From: an uncultured Candidatus Saccharibacteria bacterium
GTDB lineage: Bacteria > Patescibacteriota > Minisyncoccia > 2-02-FULL-40-12 > IGHO2-12-FULL-4
NCBI GenBank assembly: GCA_964479745.1
Contig: CAYZNJ010000002.1
Location: 1 to 40,911 of the forward strand
Direction: 5' to 3'
DNA length: 40,911 nt
Under the pieces are notes generated by a model. It did not search any database and was not told the origin of the DNA. It worked only from the letters and a program-made list of their open reading frames with translations. The first letter of the stretch is position 1. The number at the start of each line of letters is the position of its first letter. The position numbers and the translations under genes are program-made. This document shows positions 30,437-39,655 of this stretch, piece after piece.

Positions 30437-31549
30437 TTATTTTCCAAGATTAAGGATGCTCTCAATTAGAGCGATAAATCCCTCGCCGATAAAAATAACC
30501 GCCAAACCAATTACCGCCCAAAGAAGTATTTTTCTGCCTTGACCGAATTTTTCCGGATCTCCTTGAGAACCCATCATAGTAATACCGGCAAAAAGAATCA
30601 TAATCACGGCAATCGGAATAGCCAGCCAGAAAATCCAGTTTAACAAAGCATCAATCAATTCCCTAAAGTCTTTCGCCGATAATGGATTTTTGAATTCCAA
30701 GGAAACTATTTTAGTGCTAGTTGAGGCAACTGCTCCGCCAACAGTTAGATCGCTTGACCATAAACACAAGCCGCCAGTTGTTCGGGCGCAATTATCCGGT
30801 CCGCCATTCGGCAAACGAATCTTGAAAGCGTATTTCTGGCTGCCGGCAACTTTCCAATCAACCGTAGCTGTCAAAGGCGGACTGCCGGCGGTTGGAAAAG
30901 AAGAGTTTATCGTCGTTTCCAGCCTGTTGCCCAAGTCTTTGCCGCCCCGCCAAATTTCAAAACCGAAACTCGTACCATTGCATCCCGGATTATTGCCTTT
31001 GACTTTCAGAGATACTGTGTCGCCGACACTGGCGCTGGATTTGTTCCATTCCGCGTTGGAAAAACTGCAAGATCCGCCAACCGTAGTCATGTCGAACCTG
31101 TTGGCAACAGTCCACTGTTTGGTCGTGCGCGTTTCCCTGCTGCCCAAAGCGACTTCGGGAACGCTGCTGCTCCAGCAATAAAACACCGGCCAGTAGATAT
31201 TTTTCTGGCCCGGCGAGCCGGAGTTAAATTCAAATTCAATGTCCGGTCCTTCTCCTTTTGCCAAGTACTCAAGATTTGTTGCGTCTCCACTCTTTGCATG
31301 AGTCATTGTGTGGAAGAGGCTATAACCGGAACTCCCTCCGCAAGATTCGTCCGAACCGGAAAAACCGGCGACCAGAGCAACATTTGCCTGCGGCTCCAGT
31401 CCGCCGGAAGGTTCTTGGCCGGCAAAAGGCCCGTCTAAGTAGCGCGCTTCAAAAATTATGTTTTCTTGGGCGTAAGCAAAACCGCCCAACAAAAAAGCAA
31501 AAAATACGATGAAAAAAAACTTATTAAATTTGGGGCGGCAGTGCAACAT
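30437..31549 (-). CDS. Secreted beta-rich domain with C-terminal pilin module
   Basis: The track start is TTG 31594. ATG 31549 gives the signal peptide MLHCRPKFNKFFFIVFFAFLLGGFAYAQ. C-terminal module: LLNWIFWLAIPIAVIMILFAGITMMGSQGDPEKFGQGRKILLWAVIGLAVIFIGEGFI. It overlaps the upstream gene end by 26 nt (71 nt if the TTG start is used). Confidence 0.75.
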   Translation of the reverse strand: MLHCRPKFNKFFFIVFFAFLLGGFAYAQENIIFEARYLDGPFAGQEPSGGLEPQANVALVAGFSGSDESCGGSSGYSLFHTMTHAKSGDATNLEYLAKGEGPDIEFEFNSGSPGQKNIYWPVFYCWSSSVPEVALGSRETRTTKQWTVANRFDMTTVGGSCSFSNAEWNKSSASVGDTVSLKVKGNNPGCNGTSFGFEIWRGGKDLGNRLETTINSSFPTAGSPPLTATVDWKVAGSQKYAFKIRLPNGGPDNCARTTGGLCLWSSDLTVGGAVASTSTKIVSLEFKNPLSAKDFRELIDALLNWIFWLAIPIAVIMILFAGITMMGSQGDPEKFGQGRKILLWAVIGLAVIFIGEGFIALIESILNLGK

Positions 31550-32168
31550 TTTGTTTTTTATTTTTAAGCCAGCGAAATAGAAAAACCAATGCAACTACAA
31601 TCAATAAACCCAGCAAGTTAGTAAGTGAAAATATTCTGCTAAGTAAGGTTGGCGGGGTTGGCTTAGGAGTTATAGTTGTAGTCGGCGCAACTTTGCAGTC
31701 GTTGGGACAATTCTGGTTGTTTTCTCCTGTGTCTGAATTACAAATTCCATCTTCGTTGCAAACCGGTCCGCCGGGAGCCAGATCTATCTCCAAAAGTTTG
31801 ACATTGTCCGGGTTGTAGAAATTTGCTGTTTTGGCATTGGCAAAATATGGAGCTTCAACAGTTACCTTGCCAGTCTTGGGATAGAATTCAAAGTCCGCCA
31901 AAACCGCGCCCCGCACCGACAAAATTTCTCCTTTATAAACCGGGGTTCCCGACTCCGGTTTATCGTACTCTTTGGCTATTAAGTCAAAGGGGAATGAAAA
32001 ATCACGGTCTTTAATTAACTTACTCTGCTGGTCAAGGTAAAGATGAAAAGAATAAGTAAAGCCGGCATCCTGAAATCCAACACTGTCTGACAAAGAGTTG
32101 CCAACCAAACCGAAAACTCCCAGAAAAATTATAAAAAAAGCCGAGATTACATTTTTTTTGAAAGTCAT
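31524..32168 (-). CDS. Secreted protein with small Cys-knot-like motif, Thr/Pro linker and C-terminal TM anchor
   Basis: 214 aa with signal AFFIIFLGVFGLVGNSLS. Motif GGPVCNEDGICNSDTGENNQNCPNDC. Linker APTTTITPKPTPPT. Anchor LLGLLIVVALVFLF followed by basic RWLKNKKQ. The ATG lies 1 nt after the upstream stop. Confidence 0.7.
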   Translation of the reverse strand: MTFKKNVISAFFIIFLGVFGLVGNSLSDSVGFQDAGFTYSFHLYLDQQSKLIKDRDFSFPFDLIAKEYDKPESGTPVYKGEILSVRGAVLADFEFYPKTGKVTVEAPYFANAKTANFYNPDNVKLLEIDLAPGGPVCNEDGICNSDTGENNQNCPNDCKVAPTTTITPKPTPPTLLSRIFSLTNLLGLLIVVALVFLFRWLKNKKQNVALPPQI

Positions 32169-32169
32169 A

Positions 32170-33510
32170 TTAAAATCCCAGGTTATTCAAACAATAATTT
32201 ATATAGGTCGCTCCTTGTTTGGTTTCATACATTCCAGTGTTACAAACTGTGTGTTGGGGGTTGTCGTAAGGACATTCCCATCTCTTTTTCGTTCCGCCAC
32301 CGCAGCTTTGCTCACTTGCACAGTCACTGCTAGCCGCACAGTTGCCCGGACCAGCATTATATCCGGCGTAAATATTGCGCGGTTCCGATCCGCAAGTACC
32401 AGCCGCCAGTGATCTGATAAACGCGGCTCCGATACAGATGCTTTTATCGGCATTTGCAGGATTAGTAAGCCAAGAAGAAGTAATATTCTCTGTTACGCCG
32501 CAAGCCGACTTAAACATATTAGCAGTTTCCGGACGAAGCTGCATCAGCCCGTAAGAAGAAGATGTGCCCGCTCTGATATTACAGTCCGATTCAATAACCA
32601 TAAAAGCCTTGAGAACCGTCGCTGAAGCGGCGCCTCCGGCGTAACGATTTATTGAAGCTGAATATTGTGAACAAGAGGAGTTGCCACAGCCACCAGGTCT
32701 TCTTTGTCCGTTGCAAAGATTAAAAGTGCTGTAATTAGTTCCCTGAAACATACAAGCCAAAGTTCCAAGCGTAGTAGTCGTGGTGGGTCTTACAGTTGTT
32801 GTGGTTGTTGAGGGTTTTGTAGTCGTGGTAGTAGTTGGCGGCTTGGTTGTGGTCGTAGAAGCTGGAGACAAAGTCGTGGTAGTAGAACCCGGCCGGGCAG
32901 TCGTTGTGGTCGTACCGGGTCTGACGGTAGTTGTGGTTGAACCGCCACGAACGGTTGTTGTAGTAGAACTGGGTTGAGTAGTTGTCGTAGAAGAAGTAGT
33001 TGTGGAACCTGATGCCATGGTGGTTGAGGTAGTTGTTTCGCTTGTCTCCGTCGTTGTTGTCGTAGTTTCAGTTGTTGTGGTGGTGGCCACCGAAACAACT
33101 TCTTTACATTCAAGTTTCCACCAATCTTCGGCAACGTTCTGGTCGCCGGCGATGGTGCGCAAAGTTGTGTTGACTATCAGCCAAGCCAGAAAAATTATCA
33201 TCAGACCGTAAGCGGTCGTCCGAAAAATATTCTGCCCGGCTTGAACTCGCGAAGGTATTCCCCCGCCCAGCAAAATAGAAAATCCGGCGTAAATGAAAAA
33301 CAAAGCCGCCAGCGCCGGCACCAGATAAAACAAAACAAAATCGCTGATATTTTTCCCCAAAACCAAAAGGTCGCAAGTGGTGCAAGCCGGCTGTCCGGTC
33401 CTGCCGCAAGGCACGAGAGGATCAAGAGCCAAGGCGTTAGTAGCCCAAACGGAAAAAAGGGTTAGAGTCAGAAGAAAAACTAAAAATAATTTGTTGCGTA
33501 TTATATGCAT
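32170..33510 (-). CDS. Pilin module, ~110-aa poly-Thr linker, C-terminal GH23/SLT-type lytic transglycosylase domain
   Basis: 446 aa with signal LFLVFLLTLTLFSVWATNALA. Module: LVPCGRTGQPACTTCDLL...LVPALAALFFIYAGFSILLGGGIPSRVQAGQNIFRTTAYGLMIIFLAWLIV. Linker: ATTTTTETTTTTTE...TTTTTKPSTTTTTVRPTTTT. SLT motifs: VIESDCN (Glu-Ser), YGLMQL, AGYNAGPG. Confidence 0.8.
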   Translation of the reverse strand: MHIIRNKLFLVFLLTLTLFSVWATNALALDPLVPCGRTGQPACTTCDLLVLGKNISDFVLFYLVPALAALFFIYAGFSILLGGGIPSRVQAGQNIFRTTAYGLMIIFLAWLIVNTTLRTIAGDQNVAEDWWKLECKEVVSVATTTTTETTTTTTETSETTTSTTMASGSTTTSSTTTTQPSSTTTTVRGGSTTTTVRPGTTTTTARPGSTTTTLSPASTTTTKPPTTTTTTKPSTTTTTVRPTTTTTLGTLACMFQGTNYSTFNLCNGQRRPGGCGNSSCSQYSASINRYAGGAASATVLKAFMVIESDCNIRAGTSSSYGLMQLRPETANMFKSACGVTENITSSWLTNPANADKSICIGAAFIRSLAAGTCGSEPRNIYAGYNAGPGNCAASSDCASEQSCGGGTKKRWECPYDNPQHTVCNTGMYETKQGATYINYCLNNLGF

Positions 33511-33536
33511 TTTAAAAAATTTCTACGCATCAACTT

Positions 33537-33751
33537 AAGCTTCGCCAACACTGCTTTTTACGGACGCTCGCTTTTTTCCAGCGAAAAAGCTCGCTCTTTG
33601 CGGTCTGTGGATTTGGAAAGAGTAAGAAAATTATACTCTTTCCAACCAGCTCGTCTTGTTTTTATCTTATTCGCAGACGAATGGGCTAAAAACAAGACTC
33701 GCGAGCAATCCACAGCCCGCAGAGCCTTCAAAAGCAGTGTCGGCTATGCTT
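33537..33751 (-). repeat. Structured intergenic element, copy C (215 nt), sense-oriented 26 nt upstream of the pilin-operon start
   Basis: Read on the minus strand it aligns with copy B. TGCTTTTGAAGGCTCTGCGGGCTGTGGATTGCT matches 29 of 33 positions. AGCCCATTCG and AATCCACAGACCGCAAAGAGCGAG are shared, as are the hairpin GCTTTTT-CGCTGGA-AAAAAGC (33570-33590) and GAGCGTCCGTAAAAAGCAGTG. The hairpin GGAAAGAGTA-loop-TACTCTTTCC (33615-33643) matches copy A. Confidence 0.8.
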
Positions 33752-33776
33752 GATTTGGAATGTTGGTAATAATTTA

Positions 33777-35099
33777 TTACCGCCGCTGCATCAAAAGCGT
33801 AATTTTATTTTCGGCTGTCCGCAGAGCTTCAGGAATTGACTCGCGCGCAAAATTAACATCTTCAATCATATCCGCCAAAATATTTTCAATAACTAAACTG
33901 TCAACTTGATACCAAGACTTCGCGCTAAGCGCCTGCTTTGCAAAAACTCCCAAATCCAGATCATCTTTCTGCTGGTCTATGAGATCGCGCCTAGCTGTCG
34001 GCCTGTTGGCAGAGTTAAGATAAGGTATTACTCCCTCAACAGAACTAAGGTAAACCAAAAACTCCCAAGCTTGCTGACTGACCGGAGAAAATTTAGAAAC
34101 TGTCGGCGCCCAGTAGTTGGCATAGCTTGTTGACTGCCCCGGCTCCAGTTGCGGCATAGGAGCAACGGCAAAATTAAGTCTCGGAGCTTTTGACCGCAAT
34201 AAAGCCGTCTGATGAGAATAGTTAAACATCATGGCCGTAGCGCCTTCTTGAAAAGCGTCTATTGAATAGTGCAAGCCGTCGTTCCATGTGTAAACTCTCT
34301 TACTTGGATTGGCAAAGTCGGTATAATATTGCAGGGCTACTTGGCCTAGATCTTTGCCGTCAACAATTTTAGAAAAATCAGCGCCGGTGTGGACATCGTC
34401 AACCATCGGTACGCCGCTTTGCATCATCAAAAGAGACAAGATATCGGTTGAGCGGTTGATGTTTCTGGCTGTGCCGATAGCCGCACCGGAGCGGGATATG
34501 TTGCTATTTGAATCAGCGATAGTAATTTTCTCCACATCTTCATTAAATTCTTGCCAAGTTTGCGGCGGACGGGTAATGCCCAAATTGTTGAAAATATCTT
34601 TGTTATAATAGAGAGCCAGAGAATCAACATAAATCGGCAAAGCGTAAATATCGTTGCCAACCACTAAATCTTTTTCAGCCACATCCACAAACTGGTCACG
34701 GAAATCTTTAAGAGTAAAGAGAGGTATTTTTTGGTCGGGAATCTGCTGGGGCAAAGGAGCGATTTTGTCCTGATACTTCGCCAGCCAGTTATTTTGAATC
34801 ATAAAAATATCCGGTCCTTTGCCGGAGGCGAAAGCGTTGATTAAAGCTTTCTCGTAGTCCTCGTAACTGAACTGACGGTAAGTAATACTTACTTGGGGAT
34901 TTTTTGCCTGATAACCGCTGATGCTTTGCCGAAAAGTGTCGGTACCGTCAAAAACACCCCAAAACTGGAGTTGGGCCGGTTGTCCGCCGCCACCGCTCGG
35001 ACCAAAACCGCGGCTTAAAAAAATTATTGTTACCAAAACCAAAGTAGCAATAACTAAGCCCCCGGCAATTAGAACAAGTTTATTTTGAGATAAGTCCAT
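33777..35099 (-). CDS. Extracellular solute-binding protein (ABC-type, family 1, sugar-type), orphan
   Basis: 440 aa with N-terminal anchor LVLIAGGLVIATLVLVTIIFL. LQFWGVFDGTD...YRQFSYEDYEKALINAFASGKGPDIFMIQNNWLAKY is the typical SBP_bac_1 opening. No permease or ATPase gene is adjacent. Confidence 0.75.
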   Translation of the reverse strand: MDLSQNKLVLIAGGLVIATLVLVTIIFLSRGFGPSGGGGQPAQLQFWGVFDGTDTFRQSISGYQAKNPQVSITYRQFSYEDYEKALINAFASGKGPDIFMIQNNWLAKYQDKIAPLPQQIPDQKIPLFTLKDFRDQFVDVAEKDLVVGNDIYALPIYVDSLALYYNKDIFNNLGITRPPQTWQEFNEDVEKITIADSNSNISRSGAAIGTARNINRSTDILSLLMMQSGVPMVDDVHTGADFSKIVDGKDLGQVALQYYTDFANPSKRVYTWNDGLHYSIDAFQEGATAMMFNYSHQTALLRSKAPRLNFAVAPMPQLEPGQSTSYANYWAPTVSKFSPVSQQAWEFLVYLSSVEGVIPYLNSANRPTARRDLIDQQKDDLDLGVFAKQALSAKSWYQVDSLVIENILADMIEDVNFARESIPEALRTAENKITLLMQRR

Positions 35100-35105
35100 G
35101 AAGCG

Positions 35106-35696
35106 TTATTTCCTATAGATAAGTCCGAAATGAAAAGCGCCCGCGTCTATTTCTCTGACAAAAGACAGTCCCTGACTTTCAAAAACTGATTTTATTTCTT
35201 GAGCATCAACTCTGTTGGCGTCGGGCGGACCAACTCCGCCGCCGCCTTTTTTCCAATCAATAAAAATCAGAAGCCCGTTGGAAGTTAAAACTCTTTTCGC
35301 CTCCTGAACTATTTCTGATCTTTTGTTCGATTGAAATAATATATTTGCCAGTAAAACAATGTCTTGAGAATCATCAGCTAAGCCGGAACCACCCAAAACT
35401 TCCAGATCGGCTCTGACTGTCTGTAAGTTCTTGAAACCGCCGACTGCGGCTTTCGCTCTAACAGTTTCTAAAGCACTTTCTAAAATATCTACTGCGGTAA
35501 CTACCCCGCTTTCACCGATTTTTTGAGCTATCAGAATCGTAAAGTAGCCGGCGCCGGAGCCAAAATCAGCCACTTTCATGCCCGGCTGTAAACCAAAAGA
35601 TTCCACAATAATATCTGGACTCATAAAACCGCCACTGCCGGTGGGCAATGCAGGCATAACAAAATTTTCTGCTGTCAGCACTGCAAGACTAGGCAT
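35106..35696 (-). CDS. Class I SAM-dependent methyltransferase
   Basis: 196 aa. Motif I: KVADFGSGAGYFTILIA. Post-I: VTAVDI. Motif ..DIVLLANILFQ. Confidence 0.75.
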   Translation of the reverse strand: MPSLAVLTAENFVMPALPTGSGGFMSPDIIVESFGLQPGMKVADFGSGAGYFTILIAQKIGESGVVTAVDILESALETVRAKAAVGGFKNLQTVRADLEVLGGSGLADDSQDIVLLANILFQSNKRSEIVQEAKRVLTSNGLLIFIDWKKGGGGVGPPDANRVDAQEIKSVFESQGLSFVREIDAGAFHFGLIYRK

Positions 35697-35754
35697 GCTA
35701 CTATTTTAGCACACATATCTGACTACAAACAGAAAATAATCAACAATTGTTGTT

Positions 35755-38700
35755 TTAGACCACCACAACCGAAGCTACCGAGTCGCCGGGAGCGAGTTTC
35801 ATAATGCGAACGCCTTGAGTCGCCCGACCCAAAACAGAGATGCTATCCAATGAAGTTTTTATCACTTGGCCTTTTTGAGAAACCGCGATTATTTCTTTGC
35901 CTTCCGGATTTACAATATGCGCCGAGATAATCTGGCCGGTTTTGGCAGTAATTTTTGCCGTCATAATTCCCCTGCCGCCGCGATGCTGGACCTTGTAAAA
36001 TCTCAACTCGGTTCTTTTGCCGTAGCCTTTGTCCATAACCACCAATAACTTTAAGTCTTTTTCCGGAATTTCTGCCGAAACGGCTTCCATGCCGACAACT
36101 TTGGCTTCCTTTTCCAACCGAACGCCGATTACTCCAGAAGCCGCCCGCCCCATCGGCCTGACATCGCTTTCTTTAAATCTGATTGAGTTGCCGTCGGAAG
36201 TAGCTAAAACAATTTCGTCTTTACCCGAAGTGCTTCTGACCCATTTTAATTCGTCGTCTTTTTTAAGTTTGATGGCAATCAAGCCGTTGGTTCTGACTTT
36301 TTCAAAGTCAGACATGGCAACTTTTTTAACAACCCCGTTTTTGGTCGCCATGAAAAGATACATGCCTTTGCTTTGCTTGGGAATCGGCACAACTCCGGTA
36401 ACCAACTCAGTCGGTGAAATATTTAAAAAGTTGACGATTGCTTTGCCCTTTGACTGCCGGCTTGATTCCGGCACTTCGTAGCCTTTTGTCTGAAAAGCCC
36501 GTCCGGAATTGGTGAAAAATAAAATGTTGTCATGGGTATTAGCCATAAAAAATTGGCTAACAATGTCTTCCTCTTTTGTCTCCATGCCAATCAATCCTTT
36601 GCCGCCTCTTTTCTGGATTTTTAAATTCTCCGGCGCCATGCGCTTGATATAGCCGCTTTGGGTAACCATAAACAAACTGTCTTCTTCCGGCATCAGCTCT
36701 TCTTCGCCAACTTCCCTCAAAGCCGATTTCACAACTTTGGTTTTCCTCTCATCGCCGTATTTGGCTTTGAGTTGGATAAACTCTTCTTTGATAACGCCTA
36801 AAATCTTTTTGGGATGGGCCAGCAGATCCTCAAGATAAGCAATCAGGGTCTTTTTTTCTTTCAGCTCATCTTCCACTTTTTTTCTTTCCAAACCGGCCAA
36901 AGCCCGCAGTTTCATTTCCAAAATTGCCGTCGCCTGCCTTTCAGTAAAGCTGAATTTTTTCATCAGGTTTTTTAGAGCTTCCTCTTGCGAAGCTGACGCT
37001 CTGATGAGTTTGATAATGGCATCAATATGGTCAAGGGCCTCCTTTAAGCCCTCCAAGATGTGCGCTCTGTCTTTGGCTTTGCCAAGCTCAAATTGAGTGC
37101 GCCTGATAACCACATTTCGGCGATGTTCAAGAAACTTTTCCAGCGCCATTTTCAAACTTAAAGTCTGTGGCTGAATGCCGTCAACCAAAGCCAGCATGTT
37201 AACATGAAAGGTTTTCTGCAATTCGGTGTATTTAAAAAGCTGGTTAAGTATTTTTTTAGGAAAAGCATCTTGTTTTAAGTCAACCACAACCCTGATGCCG
37301 TCCTTGTCGGATTCATCACGCACGTCTTTGATGCCGTCGATTTTTTTCTCCTTGCCCGTCGCCAATTCAGCAATTTTTTGTATCAGCTCTGCTTTGTTCA
37401 CCTGATAAGGAATTTCGGTAACCACAATTTGGAAACCTTTCTTACCTTCTACTATCTCGGCTTTGGCGCGCATAATTATCGGCCCCTTGCCGCTGGCGTA
37501 GGTGTTAATAATATCTCTTTCATTGTAAATCGTGCCACCAGTGGGAAAGTCGGGACCTTTGATGAATTGCGACAACTCGGCAACATCGGCATCGGGACGG
37601 TCTATCATATAAACAAGGCCGTCTAAAACTTCGGACAAGTTATGCGGGGGGATGTTGGTTGCCATACCGACGGCAATCCCCATTGAGCCGTTGATCAAAA
37701 GATTGGGCACAACCGAAGGCAGAACCACCGGCTCTTTCCTACTGCCGTCATAATTATCAACAAAGTCAACCGTCTCTTTGTCTAAGTCGGCCAGTAAGCC
37801 CTCGGCTACACTAGATAAACGGGCTTCCGTATATCTCTGCGCGGCAGCCGGGTCGGAATCTAAACTTCCAAAATTCCCTTGTCCGTCTATCAACGGATAG
37901 CGAAGTGAAAAATCTTGGGCCATTCTGACCATAGAGTCGTAAATCGCCGCATCTCCATGCGGATGATATTTACCCATGCAATTGTGTGCAACAATACCGT
38001 TAGCCAAGAACTCATGGTCACCCTCAACTTCAATGTCGTATGTTGTTTCCGGTTTAGCATTTTCTATTTTTTCCACGTAAAGAAATCTTATATCGTTATT
38101 CGTCAGTTCATCTATAAGTCCGGAAAGAGGAGAATTAATTTTTTTTAGCTTCTCGGCAATATAAAGTTCGGTTATTTGACGAAGTCGCAAAGGTTTTTCT
38201 TGCAAATCAGATGAGTACCTTAACTTTGCGCCAGTATGATACTTGATTCCCATTCTAAATTTGCTGCCGTCCATTCCTGAATACCAACCGCCGCCAAGAT
38301 GCTGTTTTGAAAGCTCTGAAAAGATAAGTTGCCCTCCGTAAGGCAAAATGCCCCAACTAGACCAATGCCTGTAAATATTCTCTGCCTTTATCCTTTCCAG
38401 CCGATTTTGTTTATAAGTTGAAAAAAGTTTTAGTTCTTTGGCTAATTTTTGGACCTCATCTCCTCTTATCTCAAGCACTTTCCCAAAAGTATTGGCTTTA
38501 ACCGTACGTCCATTAACCATAGAAGGAGTCGTTTTTTTGTAAGTATATTTTTTGCTAAAAATACCGAGGTATTGGAGAAGTACTTGCAACTGGTTGATGA
38601 GTTTCTCCGACGAAGAAGCGTAGTTGATCACTGCTCTGTTTTTAGCCACACTTCCATCCCCGTCCAATAAACCGGAAATAAAAGCGAAGATAACACTTCG

Positions 38701-39606
38701 CGGAGCTTGAAAAATTTTGTCAGGTATAAATTTGCTGAAAGCTTTAAAACTAAGCGGTATAGAAAACTCGTTAATAAGATAATCACAAATTTCTTTTCTG
38801 TTAATTCTCAAAACATACACAATACTTAGAGACTTTCTGCCGTCTTTTAATCTTATCTCGGAACTTCTAGTTTCTATTGTTGGCACATAACCAAACTCGT
38901 GCTTAAAACATTGTTGGACTTTTGCGACTATGGGCTGCTCGCTGGACACAAAGCCAAGCCTCCTGCTTTTTCTTGAACCATAGTCAGCAGTAATCCAGCC
39001 GTCGGAAATGAGCATACCGAGAATATAGCCCAGTTCTTCGCTAAATTTTTTCTTCTTTCCTTTATAAAACGAGAGTTGAACACCGACTCTGTCAGGATAT
39101 TTAGATCTGATAGTCAGCCAGTCGCCCGCATTTAAATTTTTTGCTTCTTTCCACTGAAACTCTCCTTTGTTTGTAAAAACTTTAAATTTTTGTGAAGAAG
39201 TGGCCGTAACTGACAGGCCATTTGAAAGAGTGATTTTATTTAAAGGCTTGGGTGGCATAACAAATAGGTTTGCGACCCTTCTTATTTTATTTTGAGTATA
39301 AACTCTATCGCCTTTTTTTATATCCTTTATACGCTTAATGCCTTTCGAAGTAAGAACAAGGGTATTTTCCTCAAAACATTCGCCGACGATTCTGGCAGAC
39401 TTTACAAATTTTACGTTATGCCGAAGCCCCATTTCGTTCATCGCATACAAAATCCTCCGGTGAACCGGTTTGAGACCGTCTCTGACATCGGGCAAAGCGC
39501 GAGAAACGATAACGCTCATCGCATAAGCTAAATAAGAATCGCGCATCTCCTCGGTAATTTCCCGAGACTCAATATTGCTTTGTTTTGGTTTATTTTTTTC
39601 TTCCAC
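35755..39606 (-). CDS. gyrA: DNA gyrase subunit A, interrupted by an intein (817-aa extein plus 466-aa intein)
   Basis: Extein motifs: [34 protein letters not shown], (C)[50 protein letters not shown] (catalytic Tyr), [14 protein letters not shown], plus C-terminal beta-pinwheel repeats. Confidence 0.95.
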   Translation of the reverse strand: MEEKNKPKQSNIESREITEEMRDSYLAYAMSVIVSRALPDVRDGLKPVHRRILYAMNEMGLRHNVKFVKSARIVGECFEENTLVLTSKGIKRIKDIKKGDRVYTQNKIRRVANLFVMPPKPLNKITLSNGLSVTATSSQKFKVFTNKGEFQWKEAKNLNAGDWLTIRSKYPDRVGVQLSFYKGKKKKFSEELGYILGMLISDGWITADYGSRKSRRLGFVSSEQPIVAKVQQCFKHEFGYVPTIETRSSEIRLKDGRKSLSIVYVLRINRKEICDYLINEFSIPLSFKAFSKFIPDKIFQAPRSVIFAFISGLLDGDGSVAKNRAVINYASSSEKLINQLQVLLQYLGIFSKKYTYKKTTPSMVNGRTVKANTFGKVLEIRGDEVQKLAKELKLFSTYKQNRLERIKAENIYRHWSSWGILPYGGQLIFSELSKQHLGGGWYSGMDGSKFRMGIKYHTGAKLRYSSDLQEKPLRLRQITELYIAEKLKKINSPLSGLIDELTNNDIRFLYVEKIENAKPETTYDIEVEGDHEFLANGIVAHNCMGKYHPHGDAAIYDSMVRMAQDFSLRYPLIDGQGNFGSLDSDPAAAQRYTEARLSSVAEGLLADLDKETVDFVDNYDGSRKEPVVLPSVVPNLLINGSMGIAVGMATNIPPHNLSEVLDGLVYMIDRPDADVAELSQFIKGPDFPTGGTIYNERDIINTYASGKGPIIMRAKAEIVEGKKGFQIVVTEIPYQVNKAELIQKIAELATGKEKKIDGIKDVRDESDKDGIRVVVDLKQDAFPKKILNQLFKYTELQKTFHVNMLALVDGIQPQTLSLKMALEKFLEHRRNVVIRRTQFELGKAKDRAHILEGLKEALDHIDAIIKLIRASASQEEALKNLMKKFSFTERQATAILEMKLRALAGLERKKVEDELKEKKTLIAYLEDLLAHPKKILGVIKEEFIQLKAKYGDERKTKVVKSALREVGEEELMPEEDSLFMVTQSGYIKRMAPENLKIQKRGGKGLIGMETKEEDIVSQFFMANTHDNILFFTNSGRAFQTKGYEVPESSRQSKGKAIVNFLNISPTELVTGVVPIPKQSKGMYLFMATKNGVVKKVAMSDFEKVRTNGLIAIKLKKDDELKWVRSTSGKDEIVLATSDGNSIRFKESDVRPMGRAASGVIGVRLEKEAKVVGMEAVSAEIPEKDLKLLVVMDKGYGKRTELRFYKVQHRGGRGIMTAKITAKTGQIISAHIVNPEGKEIIAVSQKGQVIKTSLDSISVLGRATQGVRIMKLAPGDSVASVVVV
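37981..39378 (-). mobile_element. Full-length intein with LAGLIDADG homing-endonuclease domain in gyrA
   Basis: It starts with Cys77 (TGT, 39378-39376) after ..ARIVGE and ends ..GIVAHN (AAT, 37983-37981), followed by the +1 Cys of [10 protein letters not shown]. 1398 nt = 466 codons, in frame. Endonuclease motifs are [14 protein letters not shown] and [12 protein letters not shown]. Block F/G: [21 protein letters not shown]. Confidence 0.9.
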
Positions 39607-39655
39607 GGTAACAGAAAATTAAGTATTAATTTTAATTTAACTTTTAAAGCGAGAG

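Noticed and set aside
32760-33090. Repetitive ACCACC/GTGGTGG DNA that at first looks like a tandem-repeat or CRISPR-like array. It also occurs at 1-110, 16140-16215, 18400-18480 and 30030-30060.
   Set aside because: There is no fixed repeat/spacer periodicity. All tracts are in frame within ORFs and translate to Thr-rich interdomain linkers.
32780-33465. A stack of overlapping ORFs on both strands (VVVVV-, QQLL- and RR-rich translations), plus similar ones at 16752-17112, 15982-16299 and 29831-30290.
   Set aside because: They are frame or strand shadows of the ACC/ACT-rich poly-Thr linker DNA and of GC-rich secreted-protein genes. The sense frames give coherent signal peptide / domain / linker architectures.
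35697-35754. The 12-bp perfect palindrome CAACAATTGTTG between gyrA and the methyltransferase gene, as a terminator.
   Set aside because: A loop-less AT-rich palindrome has weak stem stability and only a short T-run, so the support for calling it a terminator or operator is insufficient.
37981-39378. The gyrA insert as an insertion sequence or an independent homing-endonuclease gene that splits gyrA.
   Set aside because: The insert is in frame with no stop codons. It starts with Cys and ends with His-Asn followed by Cys, which is the intein splicing signature, so gyrA is not disrupted at the protein level.
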